From assembly GCF_001949145.1 (NCBI RefSeq), contig NW_019091355.1, forward strand, positions 5,667,068 through 5,731,067: DNA of 64,000 bases. The letters are read 5' to 3'. Below the pieces are notes generated by a model. It searched no databases, was not told the origin of the DNA, and was given only the letters and a program-made list of their open reading frames with translations. The number at the start of each line of letters is the position of its first letter. Position 1 is the first letter of the stretch. The stretch comes from Acanthaster planci (lineage: Eukaryota). The translations under genes and the position numbers were made by a program. This document shows, piece after piece, positions 46,801-59,400 of the stretch.

Positions 46801-48445
46801 TGTTTACTCACCCGAACATCAAATCCCAATTAACAAATCATGCTTTAAATCCATCATTCCTACATTATGTCCATGTCATTGGCACATGTTTGTGCCACGG
46901 AAGCTGAGCCTCTGGTTAACAGTGGCCCTACAGTGCAGGTACACATTGGAAATTGGTCACCAACAGTTGGCCCAGCCCAACTGCAGTGCAGTCAACAATA
47001 GTTGGGCCAGCCCAACTGCAGCATTACAGTTGGGACTGTCCCAATGTAGTTGGGGCATAACAATGATAAGAGTTGTATTCATTTCAAGCAACATCAAAGT
47101 ACATGGAAGTAAATATCTTTTAAGCTGGAATGTACTTTATTTCCTGGGCCTGAGAAGGATTCTTCTTGGCATTGCTACTGTGCCAAGTAGCATGCCTGAA
47201 TAGGTTGATAAGTCAAACTGTATCCAAGCCAAAATTTGCCACCATGCACTACGAGTACTAATTTTAAAAGTCATAACATTCCTTCTGTGTGACTGATGAT
47301 GAAACACAGAAAGAGTTCCATAAACAAGATATTGCCCCCCGCGTAGGGGGAGGCACATGCCCCCCCCATTCCTGGTGACCCCCCAGGTGCCCCCCACTGA
47401 AACAAAAATGGATGAATGGCTACTGAATAAGACTAACAAAACTTTGCCCCCATTTAACCACACCACTGAAAGTTTGTGCCCCCTTTGTGCCCCCTACTAG
47501 TAAAATCCTAGCTACGCCACGGCCTGTAAGACAGGTCATGCTAGTATTTTTAATTATTTTTAAGTAAAAGATTCAATTTTTTCCCTAGACCAACCAACTT
47601 GGACATTTTAGGGCGTTATCACTTTCTGATGGCTAATGTGCCACTTTAGGGGAAAATTAATGATATAGAACGCTTACTGATTTGCCAGTCACGCCAGCAG
47701 AACAAAAATATTCTTTGCTTTTTATGAGAGCTGCATTTTCCAGAACGCTACCTTGAAGCTAACACTATAGGAAGCCCTGGGATCTAGCCTGTCTACGCAG
47801 ATTGGGGAGGGGGGAAGAAGTGGACTGGTGCCAGTGGTAGGTGGAAGTCTAGGCCTTCTTGGGGTTTAAGTGATATTGTTTTAAATTCTGCATCTATGGC
47901 AGCAATAACATGTTCCTGGGGTATGATCACTTCTGATTTCTTTTTCCCTACAGTCAGGACAGTGATCTGTTAGCCATTTGAAAGCACTAGGAATGTCCCG
48001 AGATGTAAAAAGCGGTGAAAACATTGAGGTAGCCTACGCACTTAGAAAATGCTTAGAATTTTTCAGACCAGTCTCGTGGTCATAGGGTTCATGCATGTAG
48101 GGTATCAAACGGTGTCAAGGCTACTTGTACTTGTAGACCCTACATGGAATTCGTTCCCGCAAATCTCCCCACCACGGCCACGCACATGCATCATCCAAGA
48201 GGAGTGCTTGCTGGAGGCACAATTCTACACAACGAGTTGGCCTGTTGGTGGGTTATTATGCAATTACCCCCTACATAATGACTGGCACGTGGATAAAGAT
48301 GCAAAACCTCACTTTGTTTTAAATCCGCCCACTCATCTCGTTCAATGCGAACGTCTTCATACTCGACTCCTTTCTCTGCGAACATCAGCCGCGCCAATTC
48401 GGCCAAACCTCTCGCATTGAAGTATGTCAGTTTGTACGTCGGCAT
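43845..48445 (-). CDS. GSTS: Sigma-class glutathione S-transferase, copy A (203 aa)
   Basis: Exons 48445-48313 (MPTYKLTYFNARGLAELARLMFAEKGVEYEDVRIERDEWADLKQ), 46726-46634 (TTPLGQLPMLQVDDLCIPQSKAFSRYLAREF), 45947-45832 (DFYGSTNYEAACIDVVTETIDDLLQGLRRFLVEPDEALK; GC donor), 44855-44751 (AKKKDEYYSEEGQGPAGLKRLGKLLGDQEYFVGNK), 44009-43845 (MSLADFCMLIAGDW...FPALAAHRNRVMERPNIAKWIETRPKTEF*). Confidence 0.94.
44345..44460 (-). mobile_element. Probable tRNA-derived SINE head in GST-A intron 4
   Basis: Minus strand CCTTCCACCTCT...CCAGGTTCCAATCCCACC...GTTGAGTT contains a B-box-like GGTTCCAATCC without a full cloverleaf. Confidence 0.4.
45000..45397. mobile_element. hAT-type MITE with 8-bp TSD and internal minisatellite (GST-A intron 3)
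   Basis: Termini CAGAGCTGTAG / TTACAACTCTG; exact 8-bp duplication CTCATGTG at 44992-44999 and 45398-45405; tandem (GT)GACTTG(TG/CA) 9-11-mers at about 45155-45380 with inverse CAAGTC units at the left end. Confidence 0.88.
46207..46556. mobile_element. MITE with ~125-bp inverted arms (GST-A intron 2)
   Basis: TTGCGAGTTAAATTT.AATAAAATCTGGTAC...CACTGTTGCTATACCTCGTGAT..GGGGCAAGCTTTT mirrored by AAAAGCTTGCCCC..ATCACGAGGTATAGCAACAGTG...GTACCAGATTTTATT.AAATTTAACTCGCAA. Confidence 0.85.
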
Positions 48446-48789
48446 ACTTTCAGTTTCAGCCGACCCTTTCGCAGACAATGAAACGGAATCACTCAGCGGT
48501 CCCGGAACTTCGTTCAAAAAGAAAGCACAAACCGTCAAAAGTTCCCGACGATTTCCAACAACGCTCAGCGTACACGACAGGGCCGGTATTACAACTTGTA
48601 CAAACTACATGTATCGATACGTATGTACTACGTGCAGGTCGTGCTAGTGTCCGAAACGGTTTTTTTTTTCAGAGCTACGGCTACGTCTACAGTCATCCAG
48701 CGTATATATACACGTACAGTACTTGTGAAGGGCGAGGACCTTGGCCTGAATGTAGCACACTTAATTTGGATGCGACTTCACACCTCTTG

Positions 48790-48900
48790 CTGCACAATGT
48801 ACATGTACAATGTACATGTAGATGTATGCATGCACATTGCACTGTATACGCCATACCACATGTACGTGTACATGTACATGTATGTAGTACGTACGCATAG
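48790..48900. repeat. Low-complexity (TGTACA/ACATGT) palindromic repeat upstream of GST-A
   Basis: Runs such as ATGTACATGTACAATGTACATGTA and ACATGTACGTGTACATGTACATGTATGTA. Confidence 0.7.
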
Positions 48901-50670
48901 TGCACGTTCGTCAAGTGGTTACCAGTTGAGCGAAGGGCACCCAATTAAAAATCTAGAGATGTTTCCAGTCTGACGAACACTCATTACCTTTGGTGTTAAC
49001 GTTAGAAGGGCGGATAACTAGCACCGTCACAGGCTGCGGAACGATTTTCAAAGTGTGAAGGGGCCCGTTGTGAGTTGAGACCACCATGCATCAACCATTA
49101 TTCATATGCCGGTTCATTTAGCCCCGCCCCAGTCGAAAGAGTGGGTGAAAGGCCCTTCCACCCCCTCTGCCACAAGTATGCGAGAGTTTCACCTCATCTT
49201 GTCCACGGAGCCTACAAAGCCTACAGAGATCTATCGAAAAAAAATTAAGGGTCTCCGAAAATAGGCCTGCACCAAACAACAGGTTGCCCCTGAGTCAACG
49301 CACTTTTTGCTCTCCTTCCTCTCAGACATCAGCTTCACTACCCTGAAATGCTGCATGTAGTGACATTTTGGCAAGGTCGGATACATAGTGTTGACATTTC
49401 TTCTCCTGCGGTTAAGAAAACTTGGGGGGGGGACTCCTTTATCTCCAACTACCGTAACGATAACTCCGAGCAGTATTTCTCAGCCACGATTTCCTGGACA
49501 GTTCCTGTTCATCAGTTGTGCCAAAATAATCCACACTGACCCCAAAATGCCTCTGAAGCTGTCTTCAAGAGAGGCATGGATTGTACAGACGTCATGGACC
49601 AGGAAGTCCCGGTATATGCCCCGCTTGCGCGTGAACACATTCCTTTATTCTCCTACAGTTAGGAAGGGGAGTGGAAGATGCTTCCTTTTTCTTCCAGGAT
49701 GATGATTCCTCCGATCATCTCTCGGACCATCCCTCTTCATTTGCCACAGATAATTCTGACCACATTGTGAAGTGGTTTCAAAAAAGGGGAAACGTGATTT
49801 TGAAGTATGGTGTTTGAAGTAGTATGCTAAGGTTTTCGGTTAAGTGCGGGAGGGGATATTCAATTTAAGGTCGTAAAAGGCTCAGAAATTAACCCATTTA
49901 TGCCCACCCCGCCCTCCGGAAAACATGACCCCTTGAAAAAAAAATAGGTTGTGGCTAGCTGGACTCGCCCTTTAAAGCCCTCATGCTCGGTGGCGTTTTC
50001 CGAAAGGTGTCATTTTACAATTATGGTCAACGGGGGATAGAAGTCAGTAGAGAATGACATGCAGAAACCACACAGGGAGCAGCTTCAAAGCTGCGGCGCC
50101 CATCGGTAATGTTCGACACTCGATAGTGCCATGGTCTCATTTTCCCCTCTGCATGCAATGAGCTTCGGTTTAGAAGTTGAATTAACTCAGCTCATGCATC
50201 ATCAATGACAAACACACAGCAAACGGGCGTCAAGCACTGAATCTCCGGGGGAAATGTGCTAATTTATTTCTTCAATAACACTTCTGTGTTAAATAATTTA
50301 GCCATTACCAAAGTAGCGACGCTACTACAGATAAACATATCTACTTTGCATTGATCAACTTTAAATATTAAACATGTAGTTTTGACATGAACAATTATCA
50401 GGGAAGATTTTTTTTGGGGGGGGCAGCTACATCCACATTTTTTGTCACAGATGTATATAATAGGCTGTGTAACAAAATTATCTGCTGGGCCGGCAGCAGC
50501 ACTCTCGTAAAATATCAATTGGTCACTCATTTGTCACGTGCCCTGGGCAAGATAATAAACTCAAGACGAAGGGAGGCTTGAGCAGACGACCGCCTTTTTA
50601 CCACAATTACACAAACCAGTCATCAGTCAACATGCCGATTGACAAGCTAGGAGGATAAGTTCTTGCATTC

Positions 50671-50723
50671 TTAACCCTAACAGTCCTCAATCCGGTTGGA
50701 GGACTGAGGACTGTTAGGGTTAC
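50671..50723. mobile_element. Ultra-short hairpin element with piggyBac-like ends
   Basis: Perfect 18-bp stem TAACCCTAACAGTCCTCA (50672-50689) / TGAGGACTGTTAGGGTTA (50705-50722); flanks TTAA and TTAC. Confidence 0.6.
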
Positions 50724-53700
50724 GGAATGGCTGCATAAGTAGATATCACTTTTCTCCAGGGAACTTTTTTTTCATTACGTGCTTGGAAAACCAGAATTCT
50801 AAAATTCATTCTATTTCTAACGCTGACTGGCGAAGGATGATTTATTGGCCCTAATCCACCACATTGAGCGCCAGAAGATTCTGTTTTTTTCTTGAAATAA
50901 AAACAGCTATTTTCCTGACACGAGTCATTATGAGGGGTTCCCAACAAAACCGGGAAATTTTTCTCAAATCAAGCACAAAAATCTTGTTGAATTATTTCAT
51001 TATCATGGGTGTCGACTGCTTCTCAAAGGTGGGGGGTTAAAAAATGACCAGCCCACCTCTGAGCCTGAGTGGCAGAATCAAGTAAAAGGTCTGCGCAAAG
51101 AACTTTTAAACGCACTTTTGATGCATCTTCATACACTTCTACACTGTTTAAAATCTATTTGAATCCTTTGGGGTTCAAGGTGGGAAAAAATGCACTTTTG
51201 TCAACATTTAAATTCGTTGATGCTTCTATGGACAAATGAGGATGCCGTTGTTGTGATACCAATCAAGGAGGAAACTGTTCAGTTCCTGTGTTTTTCTGTT
51301 CAGACTGTGCACCCCAAATTTGCTAAATAAAAAAAAGAAATTCTACGAGAGAGGGTTGTTGGTTAGCTTGCTGCAATAAGCTTACACAACAATAACCCAC
51401 CAAAGAAAAGAATATGTTCACATTCTAGTTGTTTTCATTGCGTTGGGTTGTTGGGTTGTTTGTTTTTGCACAGATCATTGCAACAGAGAGGTTTTCTCCC
51501 TGGGATGACATCACAGTTCTACTCATGAATATGGAAGTCTGCATCATAGCAAAAAAACCAAACAGGTCCTATACATGTGACTCCTATTAAGCAGTACCGG
51601 GTAAAACAATAGTTGAAAATATGGTTCATTGAAACACAAAAGATATACATGTATTCTCAAGAACTGTAGTAAAATAACTGCATTGCAAGAACTCATTAAA
51701 AGAGGAGGGAGCATGCTCCCATTTCTACTAATCAACGTCCACACTTCCCAAAGTCAGGGGCAAATTGGAGCGATAACCATAACTTGACCACAAATTAACT
51801 GCCAAAAATGTCAAAGTATTTTTTAAAAATCTCATTGTCCAATTTTTCCATTGGCTGCAACTCTTGCAGCATTCCTGCTCAATGACATGTGGTAGAGTAT
51901 TTGTTTTTACTTCCCCTCTGACAAATTAAATCGGCTACTGTGAATCGGCAGTACCACTGGTCGCCCCAGGGCCAGGTTCCCAATGGTTGACTGGATAGTC
52001 AAAACCATCCATCATCTGGGTGCTGTTGGTCAAACAACAGTTAACTAAGGTCCTGGCTCAAACTTTCCTTCAGATTGTCAAGTTAAAACTTGTAGCCAAC
52101 AAAGTATACAACCAAACCTCAACACTTCCATTTATCCCATGATTACTTTCTTTCACTTACATTGTACTGGCCATAATCACATCATACAGAAAAAAAACCG
52201 AAATCAGTAATTAAATACTTCACAATAAAATATTTCTAAACAAAATTGTGCACTGTGCGGCGATCAAACAATGTTATCCTGTCAACATTCAATGTGTAAT
52301 TGACTATCTAATACATTAACTATTAGTTTTAAATAAAGATCAACCTTTTTAAAGCCTCTAAAGGTACACTAGGTTCAGCCTAGCTTGACATTTTCATTGA
52401 ACTCATACCAAATAACATTTTGGGTTTGTTGTTTTCTTTTCCAGTTGATTTCCAGTCTGAATTGGTTTTGATAATGTACAGAGAAAATCACCTAAATGTT
52501 TGTCCTGAGGTTTGACTAATGAATTTGATACTGTCAAAGAAACACAAACCGCAAAGAATATAGTGGCATTCAAGTTATGTTTCAGTAATACCCGGCTGAC
52601 CCTCTGCAACCCCTCATGTTGTTACTTTACTTCCTCCTGAAATGAACCAAAAATACTGATATAAAAGGTGGGTAGATCTGTCTTATTTCTGTGTAAGACC
52701 AGCATTAAAGTACAGCTGCAATGAAGTTTTCTTCCAAACAATTTTTCTGCAACTTTGGAATCTTCTTCAATGCATGAAAACTCTTTGACATTACTATCTG
52801 GTTTAATGTAATGAAAGTGAACTTTCTAAAATGTTTAAAATTATCCAAGCTTTTCTGGACAACCAAGGACGCTGTTGCTGTGATGTCATCCAAGGTTTTG
52901 CTGTTCAAATTGTGAACCCAGAATTTACTTCCTGAAAACATTTCTGAGAATTAATGCCTGCATATTGCTAGGCATGTAAATAACAATGAATCAGCAGAGA
53001 AAAGAAACGTTAAGTATAACAAAATCTACAAAAATGCATTTTGTGTGTGTATATACCGATTATGCCATTGAGGCTTTCTTCCTGAGATGACATCACAGTT
53101 TTGCTCATGAATATGGAAATACTTATTAGCGTAAAACCGAAAAAGCAATAAAATACCCTTTGAAATAGTGAAACAAAAGTTAAGATGAGGTTAACTGAGA
53201 CCTTGAAGGTTTGTATTAAACAAGTTGATTACAGCTACCCTTGGGTATTTCATCTACATGGAATTTAATATGTGAACTAGAGAATCTTGTCTTTTTTTTC
53301 TCTTCCAGGTTGGATTACCAGAAATATTCATTGACAAAATGCCTTGTTATTCCAGACGTATCTCGATAATGTGCACCAAAGAATACACATACATGTATTT
53401 GGAATACACCAACAAATCTAAGTGAATAGAGTGGATGTAGTACTACGATTAGTAATCACCAACAGTCAGTTATAAGTTTATACAGTCAACATGATTTGAA
53501 ATATTTAATACAGCGACTCTGCAATGATAACATCCGACAGGTTCTTGTTACTGCCAAAAATTTTATCTGGCCAAAATCAAGAGTGGATCCTGAACCAAAT
53601 TTTCAGGGGGGGGGCAAAATTTGTTGAGGGTCCCAAATTTGGGGAATTCTTTATGTAACTTTTTATGGTCTTCCCGAGGATTGAGGATTACATTTTGATG

Positions 53701-54390
53701 GCTTTGACATTTTACAGTGTACGTGCTTTTAGAAGGACTGGAAAAGGAAATAGACCAACAAATCCCTTTTCTCCATTTTTTCCCCAAACTGTGAGGACAG
53801 GAATTCCTTTGGCCCCTGTTAGCCTATCTCCCTCCCCAGATCTGCCCTTGACCCAAATCTGATGGACTTTATGTGCTCCTAATAATTGTCTCAATAATGT
53901 TTATGACTGAGACCTCCAAGCTCTTTCTTCCAGGAAGCTCTCTGAATCGACCCAAAGTCCAAACAGTGGACTTGTACATTATCTGAAGACAACTAGGATA
54001 ACCAAGCTCGCAGAAAGTAACAGTGACTGGGCTGTGCATGTCCATGTTCCACCAGAATATTGCAACATTGGACCAGAGAAATGTTAGGGACGTTAGAGTG
54101 AGACAATGTTGTACATGCAGCACCAGAAACAATTCAGTCCTTTTGAGAGCCAACCCAAAGAATTCAAACATGGGTCGCTCAGTACTGAGCTTTATCGCAG
54201 CAAACAGGAGCTATAAGAGAAGTAAAACCACTATAATGCATTTAATATCATAAAAAATTAAAAGAAAACCAATATTTGTCGGAAAACTTTCAAGAATTGG
54301 AATGTGCTGAATGTGTTATAAATCGCACAAAATCATTGAACATTATCTTTTTCAAGATGTATTTATATATAACATTGAACATTACATAAC

Positions 54391-54576
54391 CAGTGTTGTA
54401 GATGAGTCCCTTCAAGTCCACCACAGACCGTCCAGTCTCAAGCTATGTCACAGTCTATTCAAATGAACTGCAACAAAAGCATTCCTTTGTTACTCTTCAC
54501 CCTGCTCTTGTGTGAGGAGTCAGGACTTGTGACCAAACTTACGAAGGGACTTGTGATGGACTCGACTACAATACTG
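54391..54576. mobile_element. hAT-like MITE related to the 45000-45397 element
   Basis: Termini CAGTGTTGTAGATGAGTCC / GGACTCGACTACAATACTG; CAAGTC and GACTTG subterminal motifs; TSD degenerate. Confidence 0.6.
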
Positions 54577-56438
54577 CATATGACTAACTTTCTTAGATAC
54601 TAAAGGTCAATTTATATTTAATTCCAAAGCAAACATAAATTTATGAAGCCAAGGCCAGTCTCCATGCTGAAAGTTCACAACAGCTGAGTCAAGTTCAACT
54701 TAGGTAAATTTGGCCGCAAATGCTCCATGACATCCACTTTATGAGCCCTGAGTGTGAACCACACATTGGACGGCATACTACAGTCTTAGCCATAGCCGGC
54801 AGTCACGTGCCAATGGGAAGTGGATATGTCTGTTAGGCAGTTGCTAACATTGGCATAGTCTTATTGTTAGCAGCTGCCAAGACTTTAGACTAACTGTGTG
54901 TCTTCTAAGAAGCTTTCCGTCAGGACACATTAGCCAGCGGTCCAGTGTATGAGGAGTGCTCTCTAGGCTTGTATGACGAGTCCTCATTAGGCCAGTGTCC
55001 TCCAACCTATCGAAGGTGCCTGGCAGCCTGTCAAATTTTCTCATCTTCCGCCAACGTTAAAACAGTAGCCACCAAGTTTATAAATTTAGCAACAAAGTTT
55101 GAAAATCAGGGTGCCACATTCGGGCGCCTATTCCATCTCATGCAATAACATCATGACTTAACAAATATCCTGACATGTCTGTGAGTAGCTTATCAGAAAT
55201 CAATGGTTAGTCGTCCAGTCCGAAGGAAATCAGAACTCTGTAAAAGTCCTAGTGCTGAAGTCGAGACCTCTTATGACCATCATAAGATCCCAAAGAGAAC
55301 ATTCCAAGACCTAAAGCCTGAATTCAAGTCACCTACTATTCAAACGAACTCCACTGAAAACGTTCCTTTGTTATTACCAATCCTGTTGCCTGAGACAGGT
55401 CTTGTGTCTCGACTACAGCACTGCAAAGCCTTCTTTTGTCACCAGTCATCCCTTGTTACTTGTAGCAAAAACTTGTGAACTGACTTGTAATATACTTGGC
55501 ATGGAACTGCAAAGGACCTGACTAAAATATTAGTACCCGTTTAATAAATGCAAATAATAATCCATGACTTTGCATTGATAATCCAGCAAGGTTTGTTAGT
55601 TTCCATTTTCATAGAGTCAATACTGAAAAATCAAAATCAAACACATCAAACCACGTTAAAAAATTCTACCTCACTTCAAATCAACATTTCATTACACCAC
55701 AAACTTATACACTCTCATAGTTTTACTCAAGTTATGTCTCAGACATTGAAATTTCATTTTGTTTCACTGAATTCAGTTTGTAGAAACAGATGTTCCATCA
55801 GACTCCATTTAACGGCTGCCTTCCATATTTTACATCAAAAAGCACATCCCCTTCTTAGATACTGAGTACACCTAATGTCTTCAAGAGTAACAAGTACAAA
55901 TGATTGGAATACCAATTGGATTTTTAACCACGGCCATTTTGCAAATCTTGACTTCATTTGTGGTTCGGAATGTATTACAGCAATTGACCCTAACAGTCCC
56001 CAAACCTCCGATTTCAATATGATTTTTACATTGCACAAATGGCTTTCCAGTAAATTCCACATTGAAAACAGATACATTATAACACTCAACAGGCTCCTTT
56101 GATTCTATTGCACTAGGTGTGCTGAAGTTATGATAAGGACTAAAATGAAATGCTTTCACTTGTGGTATTAAAAACAGCCCCATCACCTCAGGAAGATTAA
56201 ATGATTAAAATTGCTCAACTGTATAAAGTTGATAAGCTTGGAAATCTGCTTAACATTGAAAATATTTGCTAAGCAAGAACAGGTTACCAACGAAGAACTC
56301 ATGGTTGGTATATTGCTTGTGCGTGGTACTCCACCTATAAAGTGTACTAAGCAAGATTTTTCTGCCAAGCAGCTTTTACGACATTGGGTAGCTAGTTTTT
56401 AGTGGGCTGCTGACAGTAAAGTGCCTCTGTAATACCTC

Positions 56439-59400
56439 TCAAGCCTGGATACCATTACTGACGGTCTTGATGTCCTCAGTGCTGTAGCAAACATCCCAGA
56501 AAGACCTCGCTACATCAGCCACAAGGCTACGATCCGGAATACTTTGAGAGGTACCATAGACTGCCGCCTGAGTGGAGGAAAAAGACACAACTTTACCATG
56601 GGATTTTGTAGAGTTGCTAAGCAAAACTATTGCTCAGCACAGGGACGTTCAGCTGACTGCTGTATAGGTGAAAGTAACACAGGTACCAATGAGTATGAGC
56701 AATGTGCTAAGAGGTCCCTGTATCAACCCCTTCGCTACGGAGGACTACTACTACCGCACCATTGCGTGAGCATTAGTGCATACCACACGTACAGTCTATT
56801 CANCATACCACAGCCCAGCAGTCATGGTCAAAATAATCCCGCCGTGAAGGGGTTAACATGCTGACTGCAGACAGGTCTTCGTTTATGTTCTCAGGACGTG
56901 ATATGCACAAGAATGAGGGTAACATGCATTTGCCCACTCGTGTGATCATTCTGGGCCAATTAAAATTACAGTATTCAAGACAAAGGTATGTCAAGGTAAG
57001 AAGTTATGTTGTACTCATAGCAGGCACTGTTTAGTCACAAGTAACAGCATATTGCTTGCATTACAAAGCCCTGCTGCTTTTTGCAAGAAATGAAATGCCA
57101 GAGGACAGACTGAGGACAGTTTTCCCGATGCTGTTGAGTTCTTACCGAGCCTTGGCATTTTGCTGTAGGGTCACTCAACAAGGCAGCCGTAACATCTCTC
57201 ACATCCCGCACAAACCCATCTGCTACACCGGGGAAGGTGTGTCGCAGGGTCACGCACATGTGGAAACTGCGGTCACAAAAGCACATGATTTGTTACATTT
57301 TCAGGAAAGATTCTTAAGTAGTGAATATCTAATTTTCACATGAGTGAATGCCATCATGACTAAAAATCCTCAAAAAACCAACATCTAGGACAGGGTAAGT
57401 ATAACAATATGCAGACATAATTGTGACATGATCTTCTAAAACCCCTCAAAGTAAAGCTGTTGTTTGGGAAAAAAAGGCTCTTTAAATTACTATCTATTTT
57501 GATTAACTTGATAACTATCAAGGGTGAACATTTTTACTTTGTTTTAAACAGAAGTTTTCTTGCAGCAAGACGATCCAATTATGATCATTTTCATCACTTG
57601 CACAGCTTTCTTAGTGAATGGCTCACCTTGGAGGGAACTGTAAGTTATTCAGACTCCAGCCCCGCTTGGTCAGGTCACCAAACAGACGATAGATGTCAAA
57701 GTCATTTGACCCTAATGCAATCACGCTGACTAATGGCTCGCCAAGCACGTAGATTCCCTTAATCTTCTTCAGTCTTGAAAAAGTAAAGATTGAAGAAGTA
57801 CATATGAATAAAAAGGTAATAGCAGAAATTCTCTGAGCCTCTCATATTGTCTCATCTTTGTATGTAGATAAACAAACTCAGTTAATCCAGATTTTTAATA
57901 TGTTGAGATCAAAGAAACATTAAACATTTTATATAATTCTTAAACTGTGTTTGTGACCTTTAGGACTCTATTTCTTGGTGAAATTTGATTCTGGAAGAAT
58001 TTCTTGCGAAGACATTTTGCAAGAATGCCAGAATTCTTCCTTTGCAATACCCTTTGCTCAGATCAAACTTCAAACTCTTCACGTTTTAGATTTGATTAGA
58101 TTTCAGGTTATACCAGTCAGTAAGCAGTTTGCAGCTGTTCCATTCTGACTTTTTCAGAATTAACTCACAAGGTTTTCTCTTTTCAATCTTGCAATCTCAC
58201 TGTAGTTTTGATATATCTCTTTTTAAAGATAATATTGGTTCCCTCATACAAACACCTGACATTAGGTAAATATCTAGAAACACTTCACTTTAAACTGCTA
58301 TGCTAGGTTCATTACAGAATATTTAAGATTACAGGTGAAAGATGGCTCTTACTCAGTCAGCATGTATCTGGTTGTCCGGATGATTTGGCGTGTACTCTCA
58401 ATATATCCAGCCTCTCCAATGTTGACCATGGTAGCCCAGCAAGCAGCGATGATTGCTCCAGGACGACTGCCTAAACAGAATGGACCCCCCAAAAAGGAAT
58501 GGTTATTTAGAGGCCTTACATCTGATGGGTATGCTGTTTCTCTATTATTGGCACGAGTAGCAACTGTGTACTTTCATGTCAAAGATATTTCATAGAATCA
58601 GTCCTGGTAAACTGTCTCCAGTGATGGCAATTAGTGTGAGGGGTCTAAGAATCATTATAATGTACCACAGTATGTTGCATCAATGAACGCAAATACTTCA
58701 ATTGTTTTTTAAACAAACAAATGTTCAGCCAACATCCCTGACGACTGCCGAGTGGTTTTCACACCATGCATGACAAAGGTGCACCGATATGGCTCCTGTT
58801 GGCAACATATTGGCACTGCCAAGATCACCGTTCAGTCTGTTCTTAACAACTGATATAAACTAATATGGGGCCTTTTCCCAAATCTCAGTTGTGTCTCTGC
58901 CTGTGGCTTCACCTCAACATACAACAATCAGTTTCCAGAGCTTCAACTGGCAGGTGATAAATTCATAAAAAATGCATCTTGAACCCTACAGAAAGTAAAG
59001 CAAGACTCAGGGGGAGACTGGAAGAAAATGAAACTATCTACAAAATGATCACAAAAGGGTTGGATGATGTCCCACAGCAATGTAGGGTCTATTTGCTTCA
59101 AGGCAACCCTTCAAGTATCCATTTCTTGTGTTCTATATTAAAACAGACAACGACGGTAAACTCAGGATTTTCCATACTTTGAAATAGATTGTTTGAAAAA
59201 TCCTTGAATCAGGAATACCATTATGAAAATATTCTGGAATCAGGAAAAATCCTGACAAATCTCACTCCTGAAGACTAATTTTCACAAAGGGTTTTCAAAA
59301 ATCTTGTTTTTGTAAATGAAGTGCCAATCTTGTCAACATGGTCCCGATACCTGCAATTGATGGTGACGCATAAATGCCTCCTGGCCAGTCAGGTGCCACA

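Noticed and set aside
12005..48445. S-crystallin identity of the GST array
   Set aside because: Lengths of 203-207 aa show no long inserted loop and the catalytic Tyr is retained; cannot be supported without expression data.
48424..48973. 158-aa and 125-aa plus-strand ORFs divergent from GST-A
   Set aside because: Run through the GST-A 5' region and TGTACA low-complexity repeats; no recognisable domain or splice support.
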